NCBI RefSeq assembly: GCF_009914755.1
Contig: NC_060938.1
Strand: one strand, 5' to 3'
DNA length: 64,000 nucleotides
Source: the human T2T-CHM13v2.0 reference genome, Homo sapiens
In this document: in pieces, positions 29,207 through 42,713 of the stretch
How positions within the stretch are numbered: position 1 is the stretch's first letter
Layout of the letters: the number at the start of each line of letters is the position of its first letter
Made by a program: the position numbers and the translations under genes
The notes under the pieces: generated by a model
Told to the model about the DNA's origin: nothing
Database searches by the model: none
What the model saw: the letters and a program-made list of their open reading frames with translations, nothing else

Positions 29207-31242
29207 TAGAGCTCTTAGGTGACCAGGTTCATGGTCAATGAGCAGTAATATTTTGAAAGGAATATGTATTTTTTCCTAAACAGTAGTTCTCAACAGTTAT
29301 CTTAAAATATTCAGTAAACTATGCTGTAAACAGATGTCCTGTTATCCAGGCTTTGTTGTTAAATTTATTGAGCATAGACAGAGTAGAGTAGATTTAACAT
29401 AATTCTTAAGGGCCCTAGAATGTTCTGAATAGTAAATTAACATTGTCTTCAACTTAAAGTCACCAGCTGCAATGTAGTCACCTTCATCAATGATCTTTGG
29501 AATAACTTGCTGTAGCTTCTCCATTAGCACTTGCTGCTTCCCCTGGCATTTTTTATGTCATGGAGAAGGCTTCTTTCCTTAACTCTCATGAACCAACCTC
29601 TGCTAGCTTCCAACTTTTCTCCTGCAGCTTCCTCACCTCTCTCAGCCTTCATAAAATTAAAGAGTGAGGGCCTTGGTCTGGATTAGGCTTTGGCTTAAGG
29701 GAATGTTAGGGTTGGTTTGGTCTTCTAACCAGACCACTGAAACTTTCTCCATATCAGCAATGAGGCTGTTTTGCTTTCTTATCAATCATGTGTTCACTGA
29801 AATAGTACTTTTCATTTCCTTCAAGAATTCTTCCTTTGCATTTACAACTTGGATAACTGTTTGGCCTTGCTTTTGGCCTATCTTAGCTTTCAACATGCTT
29901 TGTTTACTAAGATTAATCATTTCTAGCGTTTGATTTAAAGTGAGAGATGTATGACTCTTCCTTTCACTCGAACACTTAGAAGCCACTGTAGGGTTATTCA
30001 TTGGCCTAACCGAAATACTGCAGTGTCTGAGGGAATAAAGAGACGTGAGAAGAGGAAGAGAGACTAGAGAATGGCCAGTTGGTTGAGCAGTCAGAACACA
30101 CACAACATTTATTGATTAAGTTAGCCATCTTCTATAGGTGCAGTTTGTGGCACCCCAAAATAATTACAACAGTAATATCAAGATCACTGATCACAGATCA
30201 CCATAACAGTTGTCATAACTAGAAAAGAGTTTAAAATAGTATAAGAATCAGCAAAATGTTACAGAGACATGAAGTAAGCAGATGCTGTTGAAAAGATGGT
30301 GCTAATAAACTTACTCAATGCAGGTTTGCCACAAACCTTCAATTTGTGTTTTAAAAAAAGCAGTATCTGCAAAGTACAATAAAATGAGGTATGCTTGTAA
30401 TCATATCTTCTGTGAATAAAAATGGGTTTATTTTTTCCGTTCCAATCTTTGTACTTTTATCTCTTTTACCTTGTCCTACTGCACTGGCTATGACCTCCAG
30501 TATAATGATGAGTAGAAGTGGTAACAGATTATTCTTTGTCTTACTCCTGAAGTAAGGGAAAACTGTGCTCAAAATTTTTACTATGAAGTATGATGTTGGC
30601 TGTGAGTTTTTAGCTGTCCTTTATCAGATTAATAAAGTGTCCTTTGTTTCCCAGTTTTCTGAGAGTTTTTGTTATGAACAGATATTGAATTTTATCAAAT
30701 ACTTTTTCTAAAGCTATTGAGATGACCACATGGATTTTTTTATTTTTTTAATATAAAAATTACATGCATCAAATTTTGAATGTTAAACTTTGCATTTCTA
30801 GAATAACCTCACATGGCTTCTATGTGACATCATTTTAATATATCACTATTCAATTTGGATTCAATATGCTAATATTTTGTGTAGAATTTTTGTATCCATA
30901 TTGAAGAAATATTGTCCTTCAATTTTCTTTTCTTGCAATATGCTTGTACATCTTGTGATAGCTTAGATTTTTGTATTAGGTTTATACTGGCCTCACAAAG
31001 CAAGTTAGAAAATGTTACTCCCTCCTGTATTTGCTGAAAGAGTTTATGTAAGATGGTATTATTTCATATTGGAATATTTGGAAGAATTCACCACCAAGCC
31101 CATCTGGGCTGGGACTTTTCTTTGTAAAACAGTTTGTAATTATAGATTTCTTTAATAGATGTTAGGATTATTCTAATTCCATTTTTAAATTTCTGCTTAT
31201 GTCAATGTTGGTTTTTATTTCCAAATGAATTTGTCCATTTTA

Positions 31243-31552
31243 TTTAATTAATTAATTAATTTATTTATTTTTTGAGATGGAGTCTTGCTCTGTCACCAGG
31301 CTGGAGTGCAGTGGCGTGATCTCAGCTCACTGAAGCCTCCACCTCCCAGGTTCAAGCGATTCTCCTGCCTCAGCCTCTTGAGTAGCTGGGACTACAGGTG
31401 TGCACTACCACGCACAGCTGATTTTTGTATTTTTAGTAGAGATGGGGTTTCACCATCTTGGCCAGGATGGTCTCGATCTCTTGACCTCATGATCTGCCTG
31501 CCTCGGCCTCCCAAAGTGCTGGGATTACAGGCGTGAGCCACCGTGCCTGGCC
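31243..31552 (-). mobile_element. AluSc-like
   Basis: Antisense; TSD TTTGTCCATTTTA. Confidence 0.9.
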
Positions 31553-31894
31553 TGACTTTGTCCATTTTAAATATGTTGTCAGTTTCTTGGCATAAATTTT
31601 TTATAACATCATCTTATGTTTTTTAACAAAATGGAGGTGCCATAGCCATGTCCCTTCTTTCATTTCTGATATTGTTAAATTTTATTTTCTCTTTATTTCT
31701 TGATCATCTTGAAGATTTTTCAATATTATGAATTCATTTTAAAGAATAAAATTTTTACTTTTTTCTTTTTATCTATTGTATATCTGCTTTCTATTTCATT
31801 CCATTTTGTTTCTTTGTTTTTATTTTCAATTATTTCTTTTCTTTTGCTTTAATTCACTATTGTTTTACTAACTTCTTCAAATGAAAGCTTATTT

Positions 31895-32204
31895 TCACTT
31901 TCCTTCCTTTCCTTCTGAGACAGGGTCTTGCCCTGTTGCCCACACTGAAGTGCAGTGGTGCAATCATGGCTCACTGCAGCCTTGACCTGGGCTCAGGTGA
32001 TCCTCCCACCTCAGCCTCTAAAGCAGCTAGGGACTACAGGCATGTGCCACCGCACGTGGCTAATTTTTTTGGGGGGGGTATTTTTTGTAGAGATGGAGTT
32101 TTGCCATGTTACCCAGGCTGGTCTTGAACTCCTGGGTTTGGGACATCCACCCACCTTGGCCTCCCAAGTGTTAGGATTACAGGTATGAGCTACCATACCT
32201 GGCC
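31895..32204 (-). mobile_element. AluJ
   Basis: CATGGCTCACTGCAGCCTTGACC and GATCCTCCCACC diagnostics. Confidence 0.85.
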
Positions 32205-32271
32205 TGTTCTTCTTTTCTTGCCTTCTTTGAAATTAATCAAGTATATTTTTATAAATCATTTCTTCTAATAG

Positions 32272-32657
<386 letters not shown>

Positions 32658-34064
32658 TAATATGTTGAAGCCAATCTTAAATTAGCAAGTTTACAAATTC
32701 TTGTACAATACAAGTTTCTTACAACATCAAACTCCCTTAGTCTCTGTCTCCTTTTGTGCTAGGGCTTTTATATATCATTGGTGCTATAAACACCAAATTA
32801 TATAACAGTTTTTTGTTGTAAAAAAATTAATAATCTTTCACATTTACTCACATATTTATCCTTTCCAGTGTTTTTCATCTCTTCCTGTCATACCATTCAT
32901 ACCATTCCTTCCATCTGAGATCCTTTTGTTTCAGTCCAAAGAATTTTCTTTACCATTCCTTTTATCTCAGGTCATGGCAAGTATTTATATTAACTTTTCT
33001 TTGAGAATAACTTTATCTTATTTTCATTTTTGAATGATAGTTTCATTGGGCAGAGGTTTAATTTGGCAGTTTTTTTCTTTCAGCAATTTAAATATTTCAT
33101 TCCACCAACATCTAGACTTAATAATTTCAGTTGAAAGGTCAGTAATTAGTCTTTTTGTTGCTTCTTAGAAAGTAACTGTTATGACTGTTTTTAAGATTTT
33201 CTCTTTAGCTTTGGTTTGATGCAGCTTGATTATGACAGTTTTATTATTCCTTTTGGGTTTACTGAGCTTCTTAAATCTGTGGATTGATGCCTTTTATCAA
33301 TTTTGAATAATGTCTCATATATATTTCTTCAAATATTCCTTCCGACCCATTTTCTTTTCTCCTCTTCTATGAAAGCAATTTTTCATATGCTAGACCTTCT
33401 GAAAATGTTTCACAAGTTTTTTATACTCTACTCTTTTCTTTTTATATTTTTATTCTCTTTATCTGCCACTTCGGATATTTGATATTGAGCTATCTTTGAG
33501 TTTACTAATTCTGTCTTCTGTGTTCAAAGTCTTATTAAACATAGTCAATTAAGTCATAATTTCAGAAATTTTACCTTTCAGTTCTAGTAATTTTACTTTT
33601 TTAAATAGTTTCCATGTCTCTGTTGAAATTCTTCATCTTTTTTATCAATTTTCTTTCACATATTTATAATAGTTATTTTGAAGTCTTTATCAGCCATATC
33701 CAATATCTGGATCATCTATGGGTCTGCTTCTATCATCTCCTTTTTTGCTTGATTGTTGGTCTCATGTTTTTGCCTGTTATATGTCTAATAATATCTTATA
33801 GCATGATGGGCTTTGTGTATTAAAGAATCACAAAGACTGACAGTTGATGCTATTTTCCTTCAGAAAAGTTGCTCCTGCCTCTAGTAAGTAGCAACTGAGG
33901 AATTGATAAATTCCCATCAGAAATTAAGCTGAGTTATGGTGGGTTGCAGTTTTAGTTAGGCTAGGCCTACCTCTGGTTTCAGTGATCTCATAGATGGCAT
34001 TTGAAATGTGATTGTTTTAGGCCAATAAGCCTCTGGCTAGTCTAAGAAAAAAGAAAGAACACAA

Positions 34065-34251
34065 GGCCAAGGATGGTGGATCATTCCTGTAATCCCAGCA
34101 CTTTGGGAGGCCAAAGTGGGAAGACTGCTTGAGACAAGAAGTTTGAGATCAGCCTGGGTAACTTAGGGAGACCCTGTCTCTACAAAAAATAAAAAAAAAA
34201 TTCAGGCATGGTGCTGTGCACCTGTAGTCCTAGCTATTTGGGAGGCTGAGG
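34065..34251 (+). mobile_element. AluJ, 3'-truncated
   Basis: Left monomer, linker and start of right monomer; abuts an inverted Alu. Confidence 0.85.
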
Positions 34252-34252
34252 T

Positions 34253-34455
34253 GTTCAAGCAACTCTCCTGCCTCAGCCTCCTGAGTAGCTGGGATTACAG
34301 GTGCCTGCCACCATGCCTGGCTAATTTTTGTATTTTTAGTAGAGATGGGGTTTCACCATCTTGGTCAGGCTGGTCTCGGACTCCTGACCTCATGACCCAT
34401 CCGCGTTGGCCTCCCAAAGTGCTAGGATTACAGGCGTGGGCCACCACACCTGGCC
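34253..34455 (-). mobile_element. AluS, 3'-truncated, inverted relative to its neighbour
   Basis: gttcaagc...ggcc antisense Alu lacking its tail end. Confidence 0.88.
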
Positions 34456-34479
34456 TCCTGAACTTTTAATGCATGCCTC

Positions 34480-35060
34480 AGACAGATCTACTAGTTGAAG
34501 GCTGAAACTTTGTGAACTTGAGACATTTGAGCACTACTATCATTAGCCGTCTGCTGAACTATGCAGACAAAAGGGGGATGCTTAGTAAGACAGGATACAC
34601 AATAAAAACAAAACTGAGCAGAGATATCAGCAGCTATATACCATGGAAAAGATAGATCAGTCAGATTAAGTCAGAAAAGTTACTAAAAACAAACAAAAAA
34701 TCAAAACAATAACAATAACTCTCAGTTAAAATGTCAGAATCTAAAGTTGTCACATTATATTAACCAAATGTTCAATTTTCAACAAAAAATTACTAGACAT
34801 ACAGAAACAAAAGAATGATCCATACTCAAGAAAAAAAAAATAAAAACTTACTATGACTAGGTCTAGATATTGATTTAGCAGACAAAAACTTCAAAGCAGC
34901 TACTATGAATATGTTCAAAGAATAAAAAGAAACTACATTTAAAGACTTTGTGAAAAATAGGATGATAATGATTCAACAAATAGGAAGTACTGATAAAGAC
35001 ACAGAAACTCTAAAAGGGAGCTAACAGGAAATTCTGGAGATAAAAGTACAATAACTCTCT
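34480..35060 (+). mobile_element. Old L1M 5'/ORF1 part (continues at 43763)
   Basis: L1M ORF1-like A-rich sequence broken by a younger L1. Confidence 0.6.
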
Positions 35061-36310
35061 AAGTTTTAAAGATGGGCAACTAGAAGCAACTGGTGTGTGT
35101 TGCTCTTATGGAGAGCAATAGAAGGGGCGAATAAATACAGCACCTTCAACTGAAACATCCAGGTACATGTATTAGGATTCATCAAGAAAACAACTCAATC
35201 CACAAAGAATGGAGAAAGGCAAGGCAGGATGATCACTTACCCAGGAGCAACATGGAGCCAGGGGAGCCTCCCCTACCTGGGAATCGGTGAGTGAGTGAGT
35301 GACCCTAAGACCCATGCTTCTCCCAGGTCTCTTTACAACCCTCAGGTCAAGAGATCACCTCATTGAACCCACTCCATCAGGGCCTGTGGTATGACATGTA
35401 GAGCTATGTGGAGTCTTGGCAGAGCAGCTGCTCAGGCACACATGGAGCCCCGGGAGCTTTAGATACCCGGGCTTCCTGGCAAAAGCAGCTGTAACTGACA
35501 AAGTGGGAGGTTAGACCCCCATACATACCCCGAGGAAAGGGGCTGAATCCAGGGGACTGAGCAGTGACAGTCTGCAGACCCTGTTTCCATGGTACCTCAC
35601 AGGACGAGACCCACTGGTTTGGAAGTCTAGCTAGCCACCGATGGTGGCATTATACCTCCCTGAGATGGAGCTCCCAGAGGGAGGGGCAGGCTGTCATCTT
35701 TGGTGTTTCACAGCCTTGGCTGTCGTTGCCTTCAGTACAGCCACCCTACAGAAAAGTGGCCAGACTGCTTCTCTTTCCATGGGTCCCTGGCCTTGCTTCT
35801 CATGGGGCAGGATCTCCTGACTGGGGTCACCAGCCGCCCTTGCCAGTGTTTTCCAGCTGGCAGTGGTTCCAAGCCTCCCTGGAATGGAGCTCCCAGGGGG
35901 AGGACAGGCCACCATCTTTGCTGTTTCACAGCCTTAGCTCTTCTTGCCATAGGGCTCTAGAGAGTCCAAGGCAACTAGGGACTGGGGCAGTTCCCCAGCA
36001 CAGCAAAGCAGCTCTGTGAAGCTGCAGCTAGACTGCCTTTCCTTATGGGTCCTGGACCCTATTTCTCCTCACTGGGCAGAATCTCCTGACCAAGATTTAC
36101 AACTACCCTCGCCAGTATGTTCAAGCTGGCAACAGATCCATACCTCCCTGGGATGGAGCTCCCAGAGGGAGTGACACACTGCCATCTTTGCTGTTTTGCA
36201 GCCTTGATTGTTGATACCTTCAGGTGCTGGAAAATCTGAGGTGATTAGAAACTGGAGCAGACCTCCTGCATATTCCAGCAGCCCAATGGAAAAGTGGCCA
36301 GACTTTTATA

Positions 36311-36401
36311 TATGTTTGTTACATGTTTTCTACATGTTACATGTTTTCTACATGTTACATGTTTTCTACATGTTACATGTTTTCTATATGTTTGTTACAT
36401 G
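36311..36401. repeat. 18-bp tandem repeat (TGTTACATGTTTTCTACA)n
   Basis: About three perfect units plus degenerate flanking units; appears as (MLHVFY)n in the ORF track. Confidence 0.92.
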
Positions 36402-37900
36402 AGTCCCTGTTCCCGTATCTCCTCACTGGGCAGGTTCTCCCAGCCTGGGTCTCCAGCCTTTCCCCACTGGAGCTATTGAGCCAGTAGCAGTTCTTCAGCT
36501 CTCTGGGACAGAGCTCCCAGTGGGAGGGGTGGGTTGCCATCTTTGCTGTCTCACAGCCCTCACCCTTCTTGTCTCCAGGCTCTAGAGAGTCCATGGGGAC
36601 CCGGCACTGGTCTGAACCCCCAGCACAGAGCATCCACCTAATGGAAAAGTGTCCATACAGTTCTCCACGCAGGTCCTGGTCCTCACTTCTCTTCACTGGG
36701 CAGAGTTACCAGGCCCAGGACTCCAGTGCAACCACTCTGCCCCTGCCTGACCGCTTCAATCAGAGGCAGCCCAGCAGTTAAGAGAACATCTAAATGCAGA
36801 GATGAGAAAGAACCAACACAAGAACTCTGACAAGTCAGATGACCAGAGTGTCTTATATCCTCCAAATGACTACACTAGTTCTTCAACAAGGATTCTTAAC
36901 CAGGGTTGGCTGGAATAACAGAAAGAAAATTCAGAATACTGATAGGAACAAAGATCATTGAGGTTCCAGAGAATGGCAAAATCCAATCCGAGAAAACTAA
37001 CAATCAAAATAAAATGATACCGAAGCTGACAGATAAAATAGCCAGTATAAAAGAACTCATCTGATAGAGCTGAAAAACAAACTGCAAGATTTTCACAATG
37101 CAGTCACAAGAATTAACAGCAAAATAGACCAAACTGAGGAAGAAATCTCAGAACTTGGAAGACTGGCTCTTTTAAACACGACAGTCATATACAGATAAAG
37201 AAAAAATAATGAAAAGGAACAAATAAAACCTCTGAGAAATATGGGATTATATAAAGAGGCCCAAACTATAAATCACTGGCATCCCTGAAAGGGATTGGGG
37301 GAAAGCAAACAACTTGGAAAACATATTTCAGGATATCTTCTGTGAAAACTTTCCCAACCTCACTACAGAGGCCAACAGTCAAATTCAGGAAATACAGAGA
37401 ACCTCTGCAAGATTCTCCATAAGAATATCATCACCAAGATACACAATCAGACTTTCCAGGGTCAAAATGAAAGAAGGAATGTTAAAAGCAGCTAGAGAGA
37501 AAGGGAACCCCATCAGGCTAGCAGCAGACCTCTCAGCAGAAACCCTACAAGCCTGAAGAGATTGGGGGCCTATATTCAACATTCTCAATGAAGAAAATCT
37601 TCAACCAAGAATTTCATATCCAGCCAAACTAACCTTCCTCAGTGAAGAAGAAATAAGATCCTTTTCAGATAAGCAAATGCTGAGGGAGATCATTACCACC
37701 AGATCTGCTTTACAAGAGATCTTGAACGAAGCACTAAATATGGAAAGACCATTACCAGCCAATTAAAAAAAAACACAAGTACAGAGGCCAGTGACACTAT
37801 AAAGCAACCACACAAACAAGCTGGCATAAAAAACAGATAACAATACAATGACAGAATCAAATCCACACATATCAATAATAATCTTGAAGGGGTCTTGCTT

Positions 37901-37959
37901 CTTTAACCAGCTTGTCACTCTGTGCCCCATTTAAAAAGCATATAGTAACAAGCTGGATA
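37901..37959 (-). ncRNA. MIR5586: microRNA precursor hsa-mir-5586 (5p 37938-37959; 3p 37901-37922)
   Basis: Reverse complements give UAUCCAGCUUGUUACUAUAUGC and CAGAGUGACAAGCUGGUUAAAG, matching my recollection of miR-5586-5p/-3p. They lie in a directly visible inverted repeat with 36-bp arms (37890-37925 / 37938-37973), on the same strand as RTN1. Confidence 0.88.
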
Positions 37960-39911
37960 AAGAAGCAAGGCCCAATGGTATGCTGTCTTCAAGAGACCCA
38001 TCTCACATGCAGTGACATCCATATGCTCAAAATAAAGGGATGGAGGAAAATCTACCAAGCAAATGGAAAACAGAAAAAAGCAGGGGTTGCAATCCCAATC
38101 TCAGACAAACAGACTTTAAACAAACAAAAATCAAAAAAGACAAGAGCGTTACATAATGGTAAAGGGTTCAATTCAACAAGAAAACCTAACTCTCCTAATA
38201 CGTATGCACCCAACACAGGGACACCCAGATTCACAAAGCAAGTTCTCAAGAGACCTGCAAAGAGACTTAGACTCCAACACAATAATAGTGGGAGACTTCA
38301 ACACTTACTGACAGAACTAGACAGATGATCAAGGCAGAAAATTAACAAGGATATTTCAGACCCAAATTCAACACTGGACCAAATGGATCTGATAGATCTC
38401 CACAGAACTCTCCACCCCAAAACAACAGACTATACATTCTTCTCATCACCACATGGCACATATTGTAAAGTCAACCACACAGTTGGTTATATAACAATTT
38501 TCAGCAAATGTAAAAGAACTGAAATCATACCAAATTCACTCTTGGATAGCAGTGAAAATCAAGACTACAAAAAACTCAAAACATGCAGTTACATGGAAAT
38601 TAAACAACCTGCTCCTGAATGGCTTTTGGGTAAATAATGAAATTAAGGAAGAAATCAAGAAATTCTTTGAAACTAATGAGAACAAAGATACAACATACCA
38701 GAATCTCTGGGACACAGCTAAGGCAGTGTTAAGAGGGAAATTTATAGCACTAAATTCCAACTTAATATCAAAAGTTAGAATCATCTCAAATGTATAACCT
38801 AACCCTGCAACTAAAAGAACTAGAGAAGCAAGAGCAAACCAACTCCAGAGCTAGCAGAAGACAAGAAATAACCAAAATCAGGGCTGAATTGAAGGAGATC
38901 AAGACATTAAAAGCCATGAAAAAATAAGCAAATCCAAGAGTTGGTGTTTTGAAAAACATTAATAAGGTAGTCCACTACCTAGACTAATAAAGAAGAAAAG
39001 ATAGATCCAAATAAACACAATCAGAAATGACAAATGGGATGTTACCATTGACCCCACAGAAATACAAATAACTATTACAGACTATTATGAACACCTCTAT
39101 GCACACATGCACACAAATTAGAAAACCTAGAAGAGATAAATAAATTCCTGGACACATATACCTTCTCAAGACTGAACCAGGAAGAAATTGCTTCCCTGAC
39201 CAGACCAATAATGAGCTTTGAAATTGAATCAGTAATAAATAGTCTATCAACCAAAAAGTCCAGGACCAGATGGATTCACAGCTGCATTCTGCCATTAAAA
39301 TAAAGAAAGAAGAGCTGGTACCATTCCTACTGAAACTATTCCAACAAAATGAGAAGGGACTCCTCCCCAACTAATTCTGTGAGGCCAGCATCATCCTGAA
39401 ACCAAAACCTGGCAGAGACACAACAAAGAAAACTTCAGCCCCATATCCTTGATGAACACTGAGGCAAAAATCCTCAACAAAATACTTGGAAACTGAATCC
39501 AGCAGCACATCAAGAAGTTAATCCACCATGATCAAGAAGGCTTTATCCCTGGGATGCAAGGTTGGTTCAATATATGCAAATCAACAAATGTGATTCATCA
39601 CATAAACAGAACTAAAGACAAAAATCACATTATTAGTTCAATAGATGCAGAAAAACTTTTGATAAAATTCAACATTCATTTATGTTAAAAACTCTCAATA
39701 AACTTTGTATTGAAGGAACATACCTCAAAATAATAAGAGCCATCTATGACTAAACCACAGCCAACATCATACAGAATGGACAAAACCAGGAAGCATTCCC
39801 CCTGAAAACTGGCATAAGACGAGGATGCCCTCTCTCACCACCCCTATTCAACATAGTATTGGATGTCCTGGCCTTAGCACTCAGGCAAGAGAAAGAAATA
39901 AATGGCATTCA

Positions 39912-41372
39912 GGTAGTGTGATGCCACTAGCTTTGTTCTTTTTACTTATGACAAGGCTGCAGTAACCAAAACAGTATGGTACTGGTACCAAAACAGATAT
40001 ATAGACCAACGAAACAGAACAGAGGCCTCAGAAATAATGCCACACATTTACAACCATCTGATCTTTGACAAACCTGACAAAAACAAGCAATGGGGAAAGG
40101 ATGCCCTATTTAATAAATGGTGTTGGGAAAACTGGCTAGCCATAAGCAGAAAACTGAAACTGGACACCTTCCTTACACCTTATACAAAAGTTAACTCAAG
40201 ATGGATTGAAGACTTAAAAGTAAGACCTAAAACCATAAAAACCCTAGAAGAAAACCTAGGCAATATCATTCTGGACACTGGCATGGGCAAAGACTTCATG
40301 ACTGAAACACCAAAAGCAATGGCAACAAAAGCCAAAATTGACAATTGGGATCTAATTAAACTGAAGGGCTTCTTCACAGCAAAATAAACTATCATCAGCA
40401 TGAACAGGCAACCTACAGAATGGGAGAACATTTTTGCAATGTATCCATCTAACAAAGGTCTAATATCCAGAAGCTACAAGGAACTTAAAACAAATTTATA
40501 AAAAAAAACCATCAAAAAGTGGGCAAAGGATATGAACAGACACTTCTCAAAAGAAGACATTTATGTGGCTAACAAACATTTGAAAAAAAGCTCATCATCA
40601 CTGGTCATTATAGAAATGCAAATCAAAACCACAGTGAGATACCATCTCATGCCAGTGAGAATGGTGAGTATTAAAAAGTCTGGAAACAACAGATGCTGGT
40701 GAGGATGTGGAGAAATAGGAATGCTTTTACACTGTTGGTGGGAGTGTAAATTAGTTCAACCATTGTGGAACACAGTGTGGCAATTCCTCAAGGATTTAGA
40801 ACCAGAAATACCATTAGATCCAGCAATCCCATTACTGGGTATATACCCAAAGGATTATAAATCATTCTACCATAAAGACACATGCACATGTATGTTTATT
40901 GCAGCATTATTTATAATAGCAAAGACTTGGAACCAACCCAAATGCCTGGCAATGATAGGCTGGATAAAGAAAATATGGCACATATACACCATGGAATACT
41001 ATGCAGCCATAAAAAAGAATGAGGTCATGCCCTTTGCAGGGACTTGGATGAAGCTGGAAACCATCATCTGCAGCAAACTAACACAGAAACAGAAAACCAA
41101 ACACTGCATGTTCTCACTCATAAGTAGGAGTTGAACAATGAGAACACATGGACACAGGGAGGGGAATATCACACACCAGGGCCTGTCAGATGTGCAGGGA
41201 AAGAGGAGGAAGAGCATTAGGACAAATATCTAATACATGCAGGGCTTAAAACCTAGATGATGGGTTGATAGGTGGAGCAAACCACCATGGCACATGTATA
41301 CCTATGTAACAAACCTGCACATTCAGCACATGTATCCCAGAACTTAAAGTAAAACTAAAAAATAAAATAAAA
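39912..41372 (+). mobile_element. 5'-truncated, 5'-inverted L1PA8-like element nested in the older L1
   Basis: ORF2 3' part plus L1PA8-type 3' UTR (GGGCTTAAAACCTAGATG); host L1 resumes at about 41373. Confidence 0.82.
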
Positions 41373-42418
41373 TGCATTGAAATAGGAAGACAGGAAGTCA
41401 AACTATTTTTTGTTTGCAAATGACATGATTCTTTATCTAGAAAATCCCATCATCTCAGCCCAAAAGCTCTTTAAGCTGATAAACAACTTCAGCAAAATCT
41501 CAGGATACAAAATCAATGTATAAAAATCACTAGAATTCCTGTACACCAATAACAGCCAAGCTGAGAGCCAAATCAGGAAAGCAATCCCATTCACAGTTGC
41601 CACAAAAAGAATAAAACACCCAGGAATACAGCTAACCAGGGATTGTAAGATCTCTACAATGAAAATTACAAAACACTGCTCAAAGAAGTCAGAGATAACA
41701 CAAACAAATGGAAAAACATTCCATGCTCATGAATAGGAAGACTCAATATCATTAAAATGGCCATACTGGCCAAAGAAATTTATAGGTTCAAACCTATCTA
41801 CCAATGACATTTTTCACCTAGGCAATACCACTCAAGACATAGGCATGGGGTCTGTAATCCCAGTACTTTGGGACTGAGTTGGATGGATCACCCGAGGTCA
41901 TGAGTTTGAGACCAGCCTGGCTAACATGGCGAAACCCTGTCTCTACTAAAAAACTAGAAAAAAACTATTTTACATTAATAATTCATATGGAACCAAAAAA
42001 GAACCTGAAAAGCTAAGGCAATCACAAGCAAAAAGGACAAAGCTGGAGGTGTCACGTTACTCAACTTCAAACTATACTATGGGGCTATAATAATGAAAAA
42101 AGCATGGTCCTGGTACAAAAACAGACACATAGAGCCAATGGAACAGAACAGAGAGCTCAGAAATAAGGCCACACACCTACAACCATCTGATCTCTGACAA
42201 ACTTGACAAAAACAAGCAATGGGGAAAGGATGCCCTATTCAATAAATAGTGCTGGAATAACTGGCTAGCCATATGCAGAAAACTGAAACTGGACCCCTTG
42301 CTTACACCATATACAAAAATCAACTCAAGGTGGATTAAAGACTTAAATGTAAAACCCAAAACTATAAAAACCCTGGAAGACAACCTAGGCAATACCACTC
42401 AAGACATAGGCATGGGGT

Positions 42419-42713
42419 CTGTAATTGCAGCACTTTGGGACCGAGTTGGATGGATCACCTGAGGTCAGGAGTTCAAGATCAGCCTGGCTAACATGGCAAA
42501 ACCCTGTCTCTACTAAAAATACAAAAATTAGCTGAGCATGGTAGCAGGCACCTGTAATCCCAGCTGCTTGGGAGGTCGAGGCAGGAGAATTGCTTGAACC
42601 TGGGAGGTGGGCATTTCAGTGAGCCGAGATTGCACCACTGTACTCCAGCCTGGGTGACAGAGACTCCATCTCAAAACAAACAAACAAACAAACAACCCCC
42701 CCAAAAAAACCCA
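42419..42713 (+). mobile_element. AluS, slightly 5'-truncated, in L1 ORF2
   Basis: TSD ACATAGG(C/T)ATGGG. Confidence 0.88.

Noticed and set aside
36311-36401. p53 response-element array (many CATG cores)
   Set aside because: Cores are spaced 7 and 11 nt rather than 10, and lack the purine flanks of RRRCWWGYYY.
35650-36760. Regularly spaced GGAGCTCCCAG...CCATCTTTG repeats resembling an array
   Set aside because: Tandem monomers of the old L1PA 5' UTR; not a CRISPR-like or novel array.
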